DNA of 63,471 nucleotides, the filler included, from Atractiella rhizophila (taxonomy: Eukaryota): assembly GCA_021432655.1 (NCBI GenBank). It is 52 parts of 52 records of this genome, joined end to end, with 100 filler letters (N's around TTAATTAATTAA, not from the genome) between each part and the next. Parts side by side here need not be neighbours in the genome. Positions count along the whole stretch, not along the records: positions 10,171 to 11,328 come from MU273102.1; positions 11,429 to 12,585 come from MU273103.1; positions 12,686 to 13,842 come from MU273104.1; positions 13,943 to 15,096 come from MU273105.1; positions 15,197 to 16,349 come from MU273106.1; positions 16,450 to 17,598 come from MU273107.1; positions 17,699 to 18,846 come from MU273108.1; positions 18,947 to 20,086 come from MU273109.1; 44 more parts are not named here. One strand, given 5' to 3'. Position 1 is the stretch's first letter. The number at the start of each line of letters is the position of its first letter. The notes under the pieces were generated by a model, which worked only from the letters and a program-made list of their open reading frames with translations, had not been told where the DNA came from and did no database searches. The position numbers and the translations under genes were made by a program. This document shows positions 10,742 through 23,087 of this stretch, in pieces.

Positions 10742-12874
10742 AGTTAATTTTCTGTATGTGCAATACATTCTTTGTTGTCAATGTAGTAGCCCGACAGGTT
10801 TTCGTTGAAGTCCTACTCCATCACAACGTGGCGCTCAATGCTTGAATATTAGAACTCCAAGTCACCGGTATCATGATGTATACTTATAGGAGTAGCTTTT
10901 TACCTACCCGTTGACTCTCTTTGACATTCAATTCAAGCAAAAGATGCGTGAACGTGCGCACTAGTACTTGATACACATTGGTCCGCCGTTCATCAACGAT
11001 AAGTTTGCTCTTGTCTTGCCGACTGGCTGATAGAATGCTTGAATAGAGTTTGCGAAAATCCTTCTCTGTACTAAAAGTTATCCTGATCATGAAGTTTCGT
11101 GAGAGAGTAATTCGATTGCAAGGGATGTGGGCTGAAATCAGTCCTTCTTGCTATTCGACCCCAGCAGGTGAACGAGTTCTTTCCTCCTGCACTCCAAGGT
11201 CCGAAAGATGATTCCTATCGACACCATTCCAGCTGGTATTCCCAAGCGGGAAGAGGGAGCGGGGATCAAGGAAGAGATTGAGTAATTAGCGATAAAGCGT
11301 AAATGCGAGCTGAATACTTGCAATACTCNNNNNNNNNNNNNNNNNNNNNNNNNNNNNNNNNNNNNNNNNNNNTTAATTAATTAANNNNNNNNNNNNNNNN
11401 NNNNNNNNNNNNNNNNNNNNNNNNNNNNATCTGGCAATCACCAAAGGTCTGACTTTCACTGGCAAGGGAGGTCAGATGGGATGCCGTATGAAATGAAATA
11501 ATTAGATGGTAGAACTGGAGGCAAGAGGATGAATGTGCTTGCAAATTGGGAGGTGGATTTGGAAGGACAGGAAGATGCGTTTCAACAAAGCCTTCGCTCC
11601 AGGAGGACATTTGAGCAAAACGTAAAGAATGCAGAGACGTAGCTGTTTGCCAAACGAAAGTGCAAACGAAGGTGCTACATTTTGGCGAGAGCTCTCCATG
11701 ATTTTACAGATTGGGGAAAGCTTGAACGGATCGACTTCATCCATTTGATTCCTAACGACATGCAAGACGACACACGTAGAAGGGCAAGTTTCCTCATGTC
11801 ACAGCATAGAATGGAGAGAACAACTGAGCGCCTCTAGGATCCTGCTTGGGTCGTTCTGGTTGATTCAATAGGGCTTTGCTCTTCCATAACTAGATGACAG
11901 CGCAGAAAATTCTGCATACTACGGAGTAAAACCACCCACAGCATCATCTACCAAAAGAGCAAATAAATGTATTTCCCAATCTCTGTACCTAGCATAACGA
12001 ATATACAAATGGTTCACACACCTTGGCCAGTCTGGCTGCCCTTTCCGTTTACAGTCCAAATGCAGCTTCTGTTCATCAGGGACTTACTACGGTCTATTTA
12101 TCCACAGGCTTTAGTATCTCGGCGATGGTTGGCTTCGGAAGATTAACGTGGCAATCTTTAAGCCACTGTAAACAGCCACAAACAATCCAATTTTGTGGTA
12201 TATATAGCTGGTTCTGCAGTATATTTTACACGATGCACCATTCTGCGTTCTTGGCTCAGTGGTAGACGACTCGGAAGCCGTTCGCCAGTCCTCGGGGGCC
12301 CCAACGAGTCCTGGGTTCGGAGCACCGTCTCGTCTCTTTTTTCACCTCTGACAACTACAACCAAACAAAGCCCATCTCCCCTTTTTACTTCCTTTTTTTG
12401 TATTGGTAACTGCTTTCCTCTTTTTACATTCCATCTGAAGTGCTTACGAAGACCGCTGCTTTTTGCACCTTGTCGAATGTCAACATTCAGAATATTCCGA
12501 TTACTGAATGGAAGAATTGAACATTATGGGCCCGGGCAGGGAAGTTCCTGGGAGAGTGCATTGAAGTGAAATCCATAGTATCACTNNNNNNNNNNNNNNN
12601 NNNNNNNNNNNNNNNNNNNNNNNNNNNNNTTAATTAATTAANNNNNNNNNNNNNNNNNNNNNNNNNNNNNNNNNNNNNNNNNNNNGAGTCCGAAGACGGT
12701 GAGCGCGAGAGCTACGGAGCTACTCAGAACAGCGCTGCCGCTCATTGAGGCGACGTTTGAGGCAAAGATGTGGTTTGATTCTGGGTTTTCTAATGGGCAG
12801 ACGGACAATTCTGTGATTGTGCGTATCCTAATAGATTTTCTTTCTTAATCATTCAATATAAGCTGCCCACTTGG

Positions 12875-13527
12875 CTATCGAAGTACTACACCTCGCCCGC
12901 GTAACTCTAAGTAGCTTTGGATCGTATGAGGATGCTAATGCCTGGTGTGAATCTCCCTACGTAAGTTCAAAGAGAAACGCACGAATCCTTTGATCACCTC
13001 ATAAATCTCAACGGAGTCATAACGAAGTTGCGTTTTTGGATCGACGTATTTGGCTTCTAAGCCAGTTACGTCGCAATATTTCTTGGGAGGAAGAAGTGAA
13101 GGCGGAGCTTGGTAGTTATGATCTGAAGACAATGAGAAAAAATATGAGGACCGCGTGAGATTCTCACAGCACATCCAATCCCCACCGTCTTCTTGATCTT
13201 CCATCACCACGTCCTCGCCGGCTGTACTGTTCTTCTTCGCTTCTCTTTCAGCTCTGATGGCTGCCGCCCTTTCTCTCTCCTGAGTCAAAATCTGTTTGAG
13301 GTTCTTGTTCTTTCTAGAATTACGTGAGTCTTGGTACTTGGTGAAATTGGGATTTTTCCATGGCCGCGGTGCACCAGAGTAGGAAAGCGTTTCTGCTGGG
13401 GACTGAACTGCTGGCCCAGGAGTTCCACTTTGAGGCGTGTCTTGAGCAGAACGAGATTTCGTTGACCCTCGCGGTGGTGCCCTTCAAATACTGATGAGCA
13501 TATTCTGAAAAGGGAGAGAACTCACAT
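12875..13527 (-). CDS. IES6: INO80 complex subunit Ies6 (YL1_C domain), apparently complete
   Basis: RPWKNPNF...KNKNLKQILTQERE...APPSLLPPKKYCDVTGLEAKYVDPKTQLRY...QSYLELRG. Three introns; the start codon is split AT/G by intron 13525-13482. Confidence 0.92.
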
Positions 13528-15196
13528 TTTGCAACTTGAACAACACAATTGCAATGGTGTTCGTTAGGTTTGTTTGGCGCGAAGCAGTTACAAGACTCGG
13601 AAGAGTGTTTTGCCGACAACGGGAATTGCAGTTTGCTCATCTCTGCCTCATATTTGCGAGCACGATAACATTAGGGACTCACACATCGACACGTCTCTGT
13701 GAGTGACCGAAATAAGCAAATTGGGAGTACTGAAGTTCAAGCCGAACTCGTGATAGCACGAGAGCAAACTAGCATTTGACGTTTCCTTCCACTTGAACTT
13801 TGGGCAGTTATAAAGGTTTGTACTTCTCTTATCCCTGAGATTNNNNNNNNNNNNNNNNNNNNNNNNNNNNNNNNNNNNNNNNNNNNTTAATTAATTAANN
13901 NNNNNNNNNNNNNNNNNNNNNNNNNNNNNNNNNNNNNNNNNNTAAATTAGAAGAATAAAGTAGAATAAGTTGCTGGATGTTGTTGGAGAGGATGCTTCAT
14001 ACCCGAAAAAATTAAAGTGTCCTAATCAATTCATAAGGTTTCGGGCGGCCGGAAGGCGGCTCCCATCATGTGACCAACAACACCATCCAAAAACATCGTC
14101 CACATTCCTTCCCTTTCATCCTTCCTCCGTGCTTGCTTTCCTCCCCAAAGGTCGAAATCGGTACTCTGCATACAGCGCACATGCCATAGAAGTTAAGTCC
14201 CATATCGTCAGAGTAAACTGAAGAAGGAAGAGGAAGGGAGTGGGAAAAGCGGCAAGGGTTGGAGTTCAGTGCTGAGGGCTAAGCATAGAGAGCATATAGA
14301 GTGTGTGCTTTGCATGATGACGGGTGCAAAGGGCTGGGAAGGAATAATTGGCCTCAAAATGCCTTTTTCGGAGGCATAAGGGGTTTGAAGGATGCCTGGG
14401 CTTACATCCGTCATCTCATATGACTGTTCGTCTTACTGCTCACCTTTTTTCGTTTATACTCAATATAGGTGTTATGTTACTATTGCATTTTATTTTACTG
14501 TATCTGTTCCACCTTCTCAAAATAAGCAAAGAATTGCCAGAAAGCTGCCAAAAAAAAAAGTGAGACCAGGAGAGACTTTGAGGAGATACATCGCGATGAG
14601 CACTGAGTTTTTTGTGGAAAGAAGGCTGGCGGTCGGAAAAGGAATTGATTGGGACACTTTACTTTGCTCATACCCAGTTTCAGCTCGTACGACCTCCTTT
14701 TGCCAACAACTCAGCTTAACTGGCTTAGCCATCACTACTTCCTTTGAAAGCCGCCATTCACCTCCATTGCTCTCAACCTCAACTCTCAACGGCATGGGTG
14801 TGTTGTAGGAGTAGATTACATTTGGGAACTGCGCTAGGTTTGTTTGACGCACTTAACAGGTTCATGTCAAAGCCAGACTTGCTGAGGCGGTGATAAGGTG
14901 AGCAACTTGGCAGCAACAATGAACTGCTTTTTACCAACCAGCTGCACAGTCGCCTTTGGCACATTCGATCCCAAAAGCAAAGATCGCCTCACATGTCTCC
15001 GCATCCCTGAACCTCAGGTGGAGGGTTCCTCTGTCCTGGGCATTCTGCTTGAAGTGCACACGCTTCAGTGCAGCATCTTTACGAACGACTACAACTNNNN
15101 NNNNNNNNNNNNNNNNNNNNNNNNNNNNNNNNNNNNNNNNTTAATTAATTAANNNNNNNNNNNNNNNNNNNNNNNNNNNNNNNNNNNNNNNNNNNN

Positions 15197-16349
15197 TTTA
15201 CCAGCGTGCGGATGGTTTCCACTATCTTCGACACGGCGGATACGGCCGTGGTGTCGGCTTTGCTGAGCGTTTCTGAGAGGGTGAGTAGGCTAGAGAGACT
15301 CGCTGTCTGGAGGCATACTTGTTAGTCGTTGCTGTGCTAGATATATATCCACCGACGCCATGGATGGTAAACTATAGGTTCGAGCTCTTCTTCATGGTAG
15401 TTATGGAATCTCATCTGTTTGGAGACGAGAGAGCCCATCAACAGTCTCAAGCTCCGTCAACATAACTTTCTCTGACAGTCAGGCTGAAACTACTTCATGA
15501 TCGAGCGTTTGCTTGGTCTGCATACAAATACTGCAATATGCTAAGTCCTGCTGAAGCGACATGCAATCACTGGAATAAACCCATGTTGTGTGCAAAAAAA
15601 AGCCTCCTTGGTCACAATTCTCACGAGGAACAAACGCGAAAGGGATGTTGATCGAATGTTAATCGCTGCTGCCCACTAAAGGCTATTCCTTCTCTTGCTG
15701 CAGGAATGTATTCACAGCCGCTGTGACAAGAGGAGAGCGTCAAACATGAAATGTAAGTCTCGCATTATCGAACTCTTGCTAAGGATCAATAGTGCAGACA
15801 TGCTTGCTTCCTCATACACGGAGAGCTTGAAATCACCTCAGAAGCCATCCCTCGCTTAAGAAATACGAGTTGAGATCGCCCACAAAGTGACCCTCATTCA
15901 ACCATTGCGACAAAATACCATGTCTACGTCTGATTGACATACCAGTCACTGAAGAGGATACATGCTCAACTAGGTGGGTGCTGCTAACATCAGATGAGAT
16001 AGAACTGTTCATAACACTTCACAATAGGACATCTTTTGCTTTCGTCTTCAATACGATGGGAACCGCCTAACAAAACAGATAGAGGCAGATAATCCTTCTG
16101 CTCGTAATAAGATCAGACGCGCTTGAATCTCCAACATTGCACGTTCTCACCCAATGAGCTGCACTATTGAGGGAGGATATTACAGCCACAAACCACAATC
16201 CAATCACACCCTAGAAAGCACAGCAAGAAGGAGAAGTCGCTCACCTTAACCTCTGCCCCTGCCCATCCATTCCAACCCCTGACATCCCCCAGCCCTTTCT
16301 TGTCGACCACCCCTTTTAACTGTTCCATCATTGTTCCCGGATCATTGTC
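15197..16349. repeat. Diverged duplicate of contig 26369-27501 (haplotig or paralogous segment)
   Basis: Colinear over the full length in the same orientation. Ends are nearly identical; substitutions and indels lie in the interior. Confidence 0.95.
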
Positions 16350-16915
16350 NNNNNNNNNNNNNNNNNNNNNNNNNNNNNNNNNNNNNNNNNNNNTTAATTA
16401 ATTAANNNNNNNNNNNNNNNNNNNNNNNNNNNNNNNNNNNNNNNNNNNNTGTGATGAGGGGCGAAGGATACCGTGAATACTATTTTCGTTCCACTGCCCT
16501 GTTCAAGGTAAGGGTTAATTTATTTCTTCATTTGAACAATGCTTAGCATGAAATAAAGGTTGAGCCACCACTGCCCACATTAGTGCAGCAATCAAGAGCA
16601 TCAACAATCGTGCCCAAGGTGCAACTATCGGAAGACACCTTGTCAATACGTCGAATGACAATCCCGTTGATGGCTTCCTCTGCTTCGATTCGCCCCCCCT
16701 ACACTCAAACCCACAACATGTTCATGATCGTCCTTAGGCATGGCTCGATATGCGTTAAGCAGTGAGCAATGAGCAGTGATGTAGCCATTTCTGCAGGAGA
16801 GCAGCACCAATCAAACCCAGGACGAGGTTGTCAGTAACTATTGTGAACACTTCTGCAGAACGGTCAAATGTCAAATTGCTCTCTGCCCTCAAGGCTTCTG
16901 ACAAATGTGCGAGCG

Positions 16916-17007
16916 CTGCGAAGTGCGAGATAACAAATAAGTGTGTAAACATTTAGTATGTAAGGGAACTACATTACCTGCGAAGTGCGAGATAACAAAT
17001 AAGTGTG
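16916..17007. repeat. 30-bp perfect direct repeat flanking a 32-nt insert
   Basis: CTGCGAAGTGCGAGATAACAAATAAGTGTG at 16916-16945 and 16978-17007. Confidence 0.95.
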
Positions 17008-18499
17008 AGTCTCGCACTTGCAGGTGAAAGGCTTTTATAGCTAAGATCCCTGTGGCAAAAGAGAAGTTGCCACAGTTCCAGAACACGCTCGACGAAAGTG
17101 GAAACGCGCAAGTGCGCAAGTGGCGAAAGGAGGAGGCGTACGATTTTGTCAGCTTCCAGGAACAGCATGAAAATGGATCCCAGAATCTCTTTCCATGGAA
17201 TAAGGAAGCCTTCCCTCGAGACAACGATGAGAGGTATAGTTCCAGATCCCAAGGTCATGGCACACGCCACGTAGACATCTTCCTGATGGATTCGATGTTA
17301 ACCTCGACCTAGAAGAGGGACGTTGGGATAGAAGCTTTTCACCATAGTGGAACTACGATTGTTGTAGATAGTATTACTAATGTTCATCGTACTCACGTTG
17401 CATTGCACATAAATATTGTTCATTTGTTGAAGCAAAATTCTGACGACCTCCTTCACCAGTCCCACAACACCCTCACACCTGACTGGTAGTCCGAGCAGGA
17501 CGGAGTTCGTAGAAGCTATGACTTGAAGCTCTTCCGCGCCAGATCGGGCTCCGTTCTCCATACTGTATTTGCACCACACGTGGGACAGTACTGTACCCNN
17601 NNNNNNNNNNNNNNNNNNNNNNNNNNNNNNNNNNNNNNNNNNTTAATTAATTAANNNNNNNNNNNNNNNNNNNNNNNNNNNNNNNNNNNNNNNNNNNNCG
17701 TTCTCAACATTCTGAACGCTCTCAACGTTCAGCCAGATTGAGTGAGCTTGTGACGGTGACTTGATGATGTGTTGTTTCCAAATTAGTCCGGCTTTGACAC
17801 AGTTCCCACACCTGCCAATTGGAGGCCCGAAAGTTGTCAGTTCTGACGTTTGGGATCAAAACTTGACCTTCCAGCTGGATTATTTTCCGCCGAGATGCTA
17901 TCGAAAGTTCTTAGGGTCTCGCGTCGATGTGGCACTGTTCAATCCCTCAAGGTCCCCATTTCCGATGGGCGATTCAATCTACTAAGAATCGGGCAATATT
18001 TGGAGTGCAATTTACACTGACATAAAGCAGAGTGGAGATTAGGAATGGTGGGCTTCGAGATGTCCAACATTGGCAGGTTGACACGAGACTCGCTGTGTCT
18101 TCAGGTGGGGCAGCCTCGCTTCGGAGGAAGTATCTGACACACGAAACATCTACGGGATATGGATGACTTTGTTTATTGCTTCGTAGGACCTTCAAACGAA
18201 ACTGACGGCCAAGTTACCTCGCCGGAAATGGATAGAAACCCCATTCTGTGGTCTCTTACAGTAATAAAAGCGACAGTAACACTTCCCGTAACCGTACCTG
18301 GACATCAACCAATCCTATCCCATTAATCATTAGCCTAATAGAATGGAGCCATACCCCACTACTAAGGACTGGAGATTCGTTGCAAGTTTCCCACACCTTT
18401 CCTTGAACCGTCCGATTCGTCATGACGTAGGAAAAAACCGCGAGCGGATACAAAATCGACATCAACGGAGTGCAGCACGTTTTGCCTGAAGACGTTGTA

Positions 18500-18670
18500 T
18501 TGGAAGTCGTTATTAGATTTGGAAGTCGTTATTAGATTTGGAAGTCGTTATTAGATTTGGAAGTCGTTATTAGATTTGGAAGTCGTTATTAGATTTGGAA
18601 GTCGTTATTAGATCTGGAAGTCGTTATTAGATTTGGAAGTCGTTATTAGATTTGGAAGTCGTTATTAGAT
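18500..18670. repeat. Minisatellite, 9 x 19 bp
   Basis: Unit TTGGAAGTCGTTATTAGAT. Copy 7 has a T>C change at 18614. Confidence 0.98.
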
Positions 18671-19943
18671 TGTTCGCCAGTGGCTTGTGAGAGCCGCTGA
18701 AGGTGTGATCAGCCGCCACTTAAATCTTCCTTGGTGGACGATCGTGTCATTAGTAATACTCTGCTCTTGTTGAGCTTCGAGAAACAATGTCCAAATTATG
18801 TTGCCTTGAATTTCAGCTTGTCAGTTTTCTAGATGTGAGTTTCTTANNNNNNNNNNNNNNNNNNNNNNNNNNNNNNNNNNNNNNNNNNNNTTAATTAATT
18901 AANNNNNNNNNNNNNNNNNNNNNNNNNNNNNNNNNNNNNNNNNNNNCCTCTTACACCGGATTTTCCGGGATTCATCAACTTCTTTCAAAGATATGTTCGT
19001 TATTCTTTCTTCAACACCATCAGTTTGAATAACAATCCTTGACAGGTTGATGAGGGTTGTGGGACGACGACTTTTGATTTGGGGCCGAACGATTCTTCGG
19101 ACCGTATCAATGCTGTTAAGGTCTGGCCAGAGTGGAAGCCTGAGAAATTTGAGAAGTACCTGAGCACTGCATAAAACGGATACATAGTGCTTATAGTCTC
19201 TGAAACTGAAATCGAGAACAATTATATTGAGAAGCACATGTAGCAAAAACGAAGTGGTTTGTGGGAGGGGGTTAGCTCACCTGGGGCAGCGTGGATGTCT
19301 GGGATGCTGTACTAGCCAGTTTCACGGCAAACTAGTCGCCCATAGGTTTGGCGCCTCAATTTTAGGGGATTTGTGCCGCTTTGGTCACCACCATAAAAGT
19401 GGCCCTCGTGGACGGCCCAATTGCAATCCGGAGTGATGAACATGTTCTAGGAGAATTCTATATTCAATATTTCTAAAATTTCTGAAGCCAAACAAGCGAA
19501 ATAACAATGTAATAGGTAAAAAAAACCATTACCAATGTCATTATAATCTCTCAGTATCATTTGGAAGACGATGTCGTGAATTGGGGCATATTTATAGCAT
19601 AACTATTGTGATTCTCGGATTGACATCAAACCGGGGTTTAGGGCAGGATATACTCCTTAATAGCAAGTGGCTATGCAGCCATTAGAATAGTTGCAGAAGT
19701 CTCGTAACTTCATACAATCGCACACGCTTGAACGTCACAGCATCCTCCGTTTAGGTAGTTCATCTTGCCTGTGCATGCAGAATGATGTCACATTTTGCGA
19801 CGGGGTATTCCAGTTTGAGGATCAATAAAGAAGTTGATTGTGGATGTATTTAATTCGTAAGTCCAAATAAATAAAAGTAGGATCTCAGTTGCAACTTGAA
19901 ACAACAGCTACTCAGTACAGAAAGAGCAGTTGGGAGGTGACTA

Positions 19944-20086
19944 CAGCAGACTCGTAGCCCAAGGGGTCGGAGTTGGTCGGCGAGAAAACTGGTCGACCAG
20001 TTTTGACCTTCTTTTTGGCAGCAAATTTTCTCAAAATTCAAGCGCAAAACCATTTTTCGCTTGCGGCCTCCGGCCGCTTTCGCAAA
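19944..20086. repeat. Palindrome-containing dispersed repeat, copy 2
   Basis: CAGCAGACTCG..GCCCAAGGGGTCGGAGTTGGTCGGCG, then the palindrome at 19985-20004 and a GC hairpin GCGGCC-TCC-GGCCGC at 20063-20077. Confidence 0.8.
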
Positions 20087-20186
20087 NNNNNNNNNNNNNN
20101 NNNNNNNNNNNNNNNNNNNNNNNNNNNNNNTTAATTAATTAANNNNNNNNNNNNNNNNNNNNNNNNNNNNNNNNNNNNNNNNNNNN

Positions 20187-21323
20187 GCTTCCTCGTTCAT
20201 CTGGCGAAGCCGCTCAACCTCGCCGATGCTATAAATGCAGCGCGCTCGACCTTCCTCATCTTCCAAGAGAAGAAAGAGCGCCTTCGCCTCCTCGAAGTAC
20301 TCCAGAGCTTCCTTGTTCCTCCTATGAAGCCGCTCAACCTCACCGATGCTCCAAATGCAGCGCGCTTGACCCTGCCGATCTCCCACCAGCACATACAGCT
20401 CTTTCGCTTCCTCGAAACACTTCAGGGCTTCCTTGTTCCTCCGGCGAAGCCGCTCAACCTCGCCGATGCTATAAATGCAGCGCGCTTGACCCTCCTCATC
20501 TTCCAAGAGAAGAAAGAGCGCGTTTGCCTCCTCGAAACACTTCAGAGCTTCCTCGTTCCTCCTACAAAGCTGCTCAACCTCACCGATGCTCCAAATGCAG
20601 CGCGCTTGACCTTGCCGATCTCCCACCAGCACATACAGCTCCTTCGCCTCCCCGAAACGTTTCATGGCTTCCTCCCACCAGTGAGGATTTGATGGTTCGG
20701 TGATCTTCTCTTTTTCTTCCGTTTTTCTTGGTCGAGAGAAATCAAGGCTTGGAAGGAAGTACACGAGATTGCCGTTCCGCGGGCCATGATAGTTTTCCTC
20801 ACTTGTTGGGACGAGCGTTGGGGCAAACTCATGAAGGTACCATTCGTCGGGAAATTCAAGCGTTATCACTGTCCATTAGAGATCAGTATGGTTGAGCTGG
20901 TAAGCGGACAGTTACCCTGTCCCTCTTCCTTAAAGTAGATTTGGCAAGTCTCCAACAAGTCGGTGGCTTTCGCAACACTCCAAGCGTCAGGATCAAAAGT
21001 CCACTGCGACTTAGTAGCTCCTTAGTGATTTTGTATACTTTGACATAAATAAATAGAGGTACCTACCATCTTACACAATGCAGAGAGGTCAAAGTCAGAA
21101 GAGATGGCGCCTTTGTTGTCCGGTCGCAGCTGTCTTCAAATGTCAACCACAGGTTACTCAGGAATGTCAGACGGCATACTGTTAGCATAGCGTCAAGAAG
21201 AATATTCAAGGGATCACGATCCTGACAAACCGGAAGACACTGTCTGCCATCTCCTGTGAACAGTATGTTAATAAAGAACTACTTAAAGGGAAGTATCATA
21301 CCACAGAAAACCATAAGTGTTCC
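20187..21323 (-). CDS. TPR-repeat protein (NLR-type 40-aa repeats) preceded by exons with a PIF1-helicase-like motif; internal fragment
   Basis: Exons 21323-21302, 21253-21180, 21129-21067, 21003-20916 and 20868-20187 splice into one open frame. It contains about four 120-bp TPR units of the form EEAK-x-L...G-Q-ARCI-W/Y-SIGEVE-x-L. Confidence 0.85.
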
Positions 21324-21423
21324 NNNNNNNNNNNNNNNNNNNNNNNNNNNNNNNNNNNNNNNNNNNNTTAATTAATTAANNNNNNNNNNNNNNNNNNNNN
21401 NNNNNNNNNNNNNNNNNNNNNNN

Positions 21424-22560
21424 ATGTTCTGACCCCTGTCCTGGTCTGGCATCAAAGGACATCCCACAATTGACAACTTACCTGAACGGAACAAGTGTTG
21501 TGGGTGGCGGTAATCCATTGATCACAAAGCTTCCTCAAGCCTTGTTTAGAAAAAAGTACAGCGATCTCACAAACTCGCAATAAAACCGAATCAAAGTTCA
21601 CGCAACACAACTGTTCCCATGGCACAACTTCCATGATCTACAAATTGTCTATGCAGCTACCTGTAGCAAAGTAATGACGAGATTCTCGTCCAAGAGAGAA
21701 CCTTTACTGCGGGTAGCCTGCTTCAAGATCCAATGGGATCCAATCTTCCTCCATCAAATATCAGTCAAGCTTCCCAAGTGTGAAAGCGCAAGTTTACACA
21801 GAAAGTCTACCGTAGCAACAAGCTGAACAAGATCTATTGCTACCATGCCGATCTTGCGGAGATGCTTTCTATCCATCTTGTTTTTATGTTAAAAGCAAAT
21901 CTGATGAAAATTCAGGATCCCGCTGATCCCTTCCTTAAAATGGCTCGTCGTGCATCAAATGGCCACTTCCAAGATAGAAAGCTGTTCATTGGTTTAACCA
22001 AAGTGATGCTCCTTAAAGAAGACCACGAACATAGCGGGAAACAGCTCAAAGGAGCCATGAAATACAGTGCAGAGTTCGATCAGTTCTGTCATGTTCTAGT
22101 CGTTACCTCCCCCCATGCATATCAGATCATCAGACAGAGTTTTGCTGGACGTCGCGAAAGAAGCTTTAGGTATATTTGAGCTTCAAGTCTATCAAATATT
22201 AAGCAAGGGTTAGGGCTATACGTGCAAAAGACGAACGTTTCCAGCTAGGAATCATGGAGCGGAACTTCAAGATGGTGAGACAATATTTGAAGAAGCTGGA
22301 CTACAACGGTCCCTTGGGAGTCTCTGTGGATGACACCGAGTGCCATCCTGATATATGACCATGGAGTGATGTTGTGGGGAAGAAGGGGGTCAGGTATTTC
22401 GTTGGAGGAGTTGGAGAGCCAAAGGAATTTACGGCGGCGACCCTTGAGCAAGTGCTTAAAGAGGTCCATGATGGAGGGTTGGCAACCAAGGTCTTTACTG
22501 GATCCCTCTCCAAGTAGTTCTGATGGTTCACTACTATAGACTCATCTCTACCCGCTTAAT
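21424..22560 (+). mobile_element. Degenerate P-element-superfamily (THAP9-like) transposase, copy 1
   Basis: KYSAEFDQFCHVLVVTSPHAYQIIRQSF...GPLGVSVDDTECHPDI*PW...LATK carries the SP-x-AY segment and the first catalytic Asp region. Homologous to 43454-44446; stops present. Confidence 0.7.
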
Positions 22561-23087
22561 NNNNNNNNNNNNNNNNNNNNNNNNNNNNNNNNNNNNNNNN
22601 NNNNTTAATTAATTAANNNNNNNNNNNNNNNNNNNNNNNNNNNNNNNNNNNNNNNNNNNNATCAAGCAAGATTTGGCGAAGTCGAAGAGCGAGAGCACTT
22701 GAGGCCCTTCATTGCATCATGTGCAGAGTGTCAATACCTATGCAATGTATAAATATATTCTGTAACGGTGTGAATACAGCGTTATATCGCTCTATGTGCA
22801 GCAGAGTGAGCAAGTCAGGTGCTTGCTGATATCAAACAAGGTTCTGGGACAAAGTTTGGGCAGGAGCTTTCATTCGCAGCATTTACGAGCACGAGCAAGA
22901 CGACGTTCGAGACGACCCTGTCATCTTCAAGCGTCTGCGTCTGGCGCAGTGTGAGACGATTCAACGAAGACCTGCACCCTATCCATATTAGGCATACGAA
23001 TTCCGAACTCCAGACAAACGAGTGTAACGAACAGCACACAATTCCTCCAATTTAATATTTTCCATCTTTCTCTCGTCCCGCTCCTTG

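Noticed and set aside
7642..12585. Gene or TE calls for contigs 7642-8806, 8907-10070 and 11429-12585 (and likewise 13943-15096, 25133-26268, 27602-28734, 42251-43353, 49434-51704)
   Set aside because: Short exon-like or decayed frames exist, but no family could be supported without a homology search.
16916..17007. CRISPR mini-array (30-bp repeat, 32-nt spacer)
   Set aside because: Only two repeats, no palindromic repeat structure, no cas genes, eukaryotic context, and the repeat is part of a coding-like frame.
18500..18670. Telomeric repeat or CRISPR
   Set aside because: It is internal to the contig with unique flanks on both sides, has no spacers, and is not TTAGGG-like.
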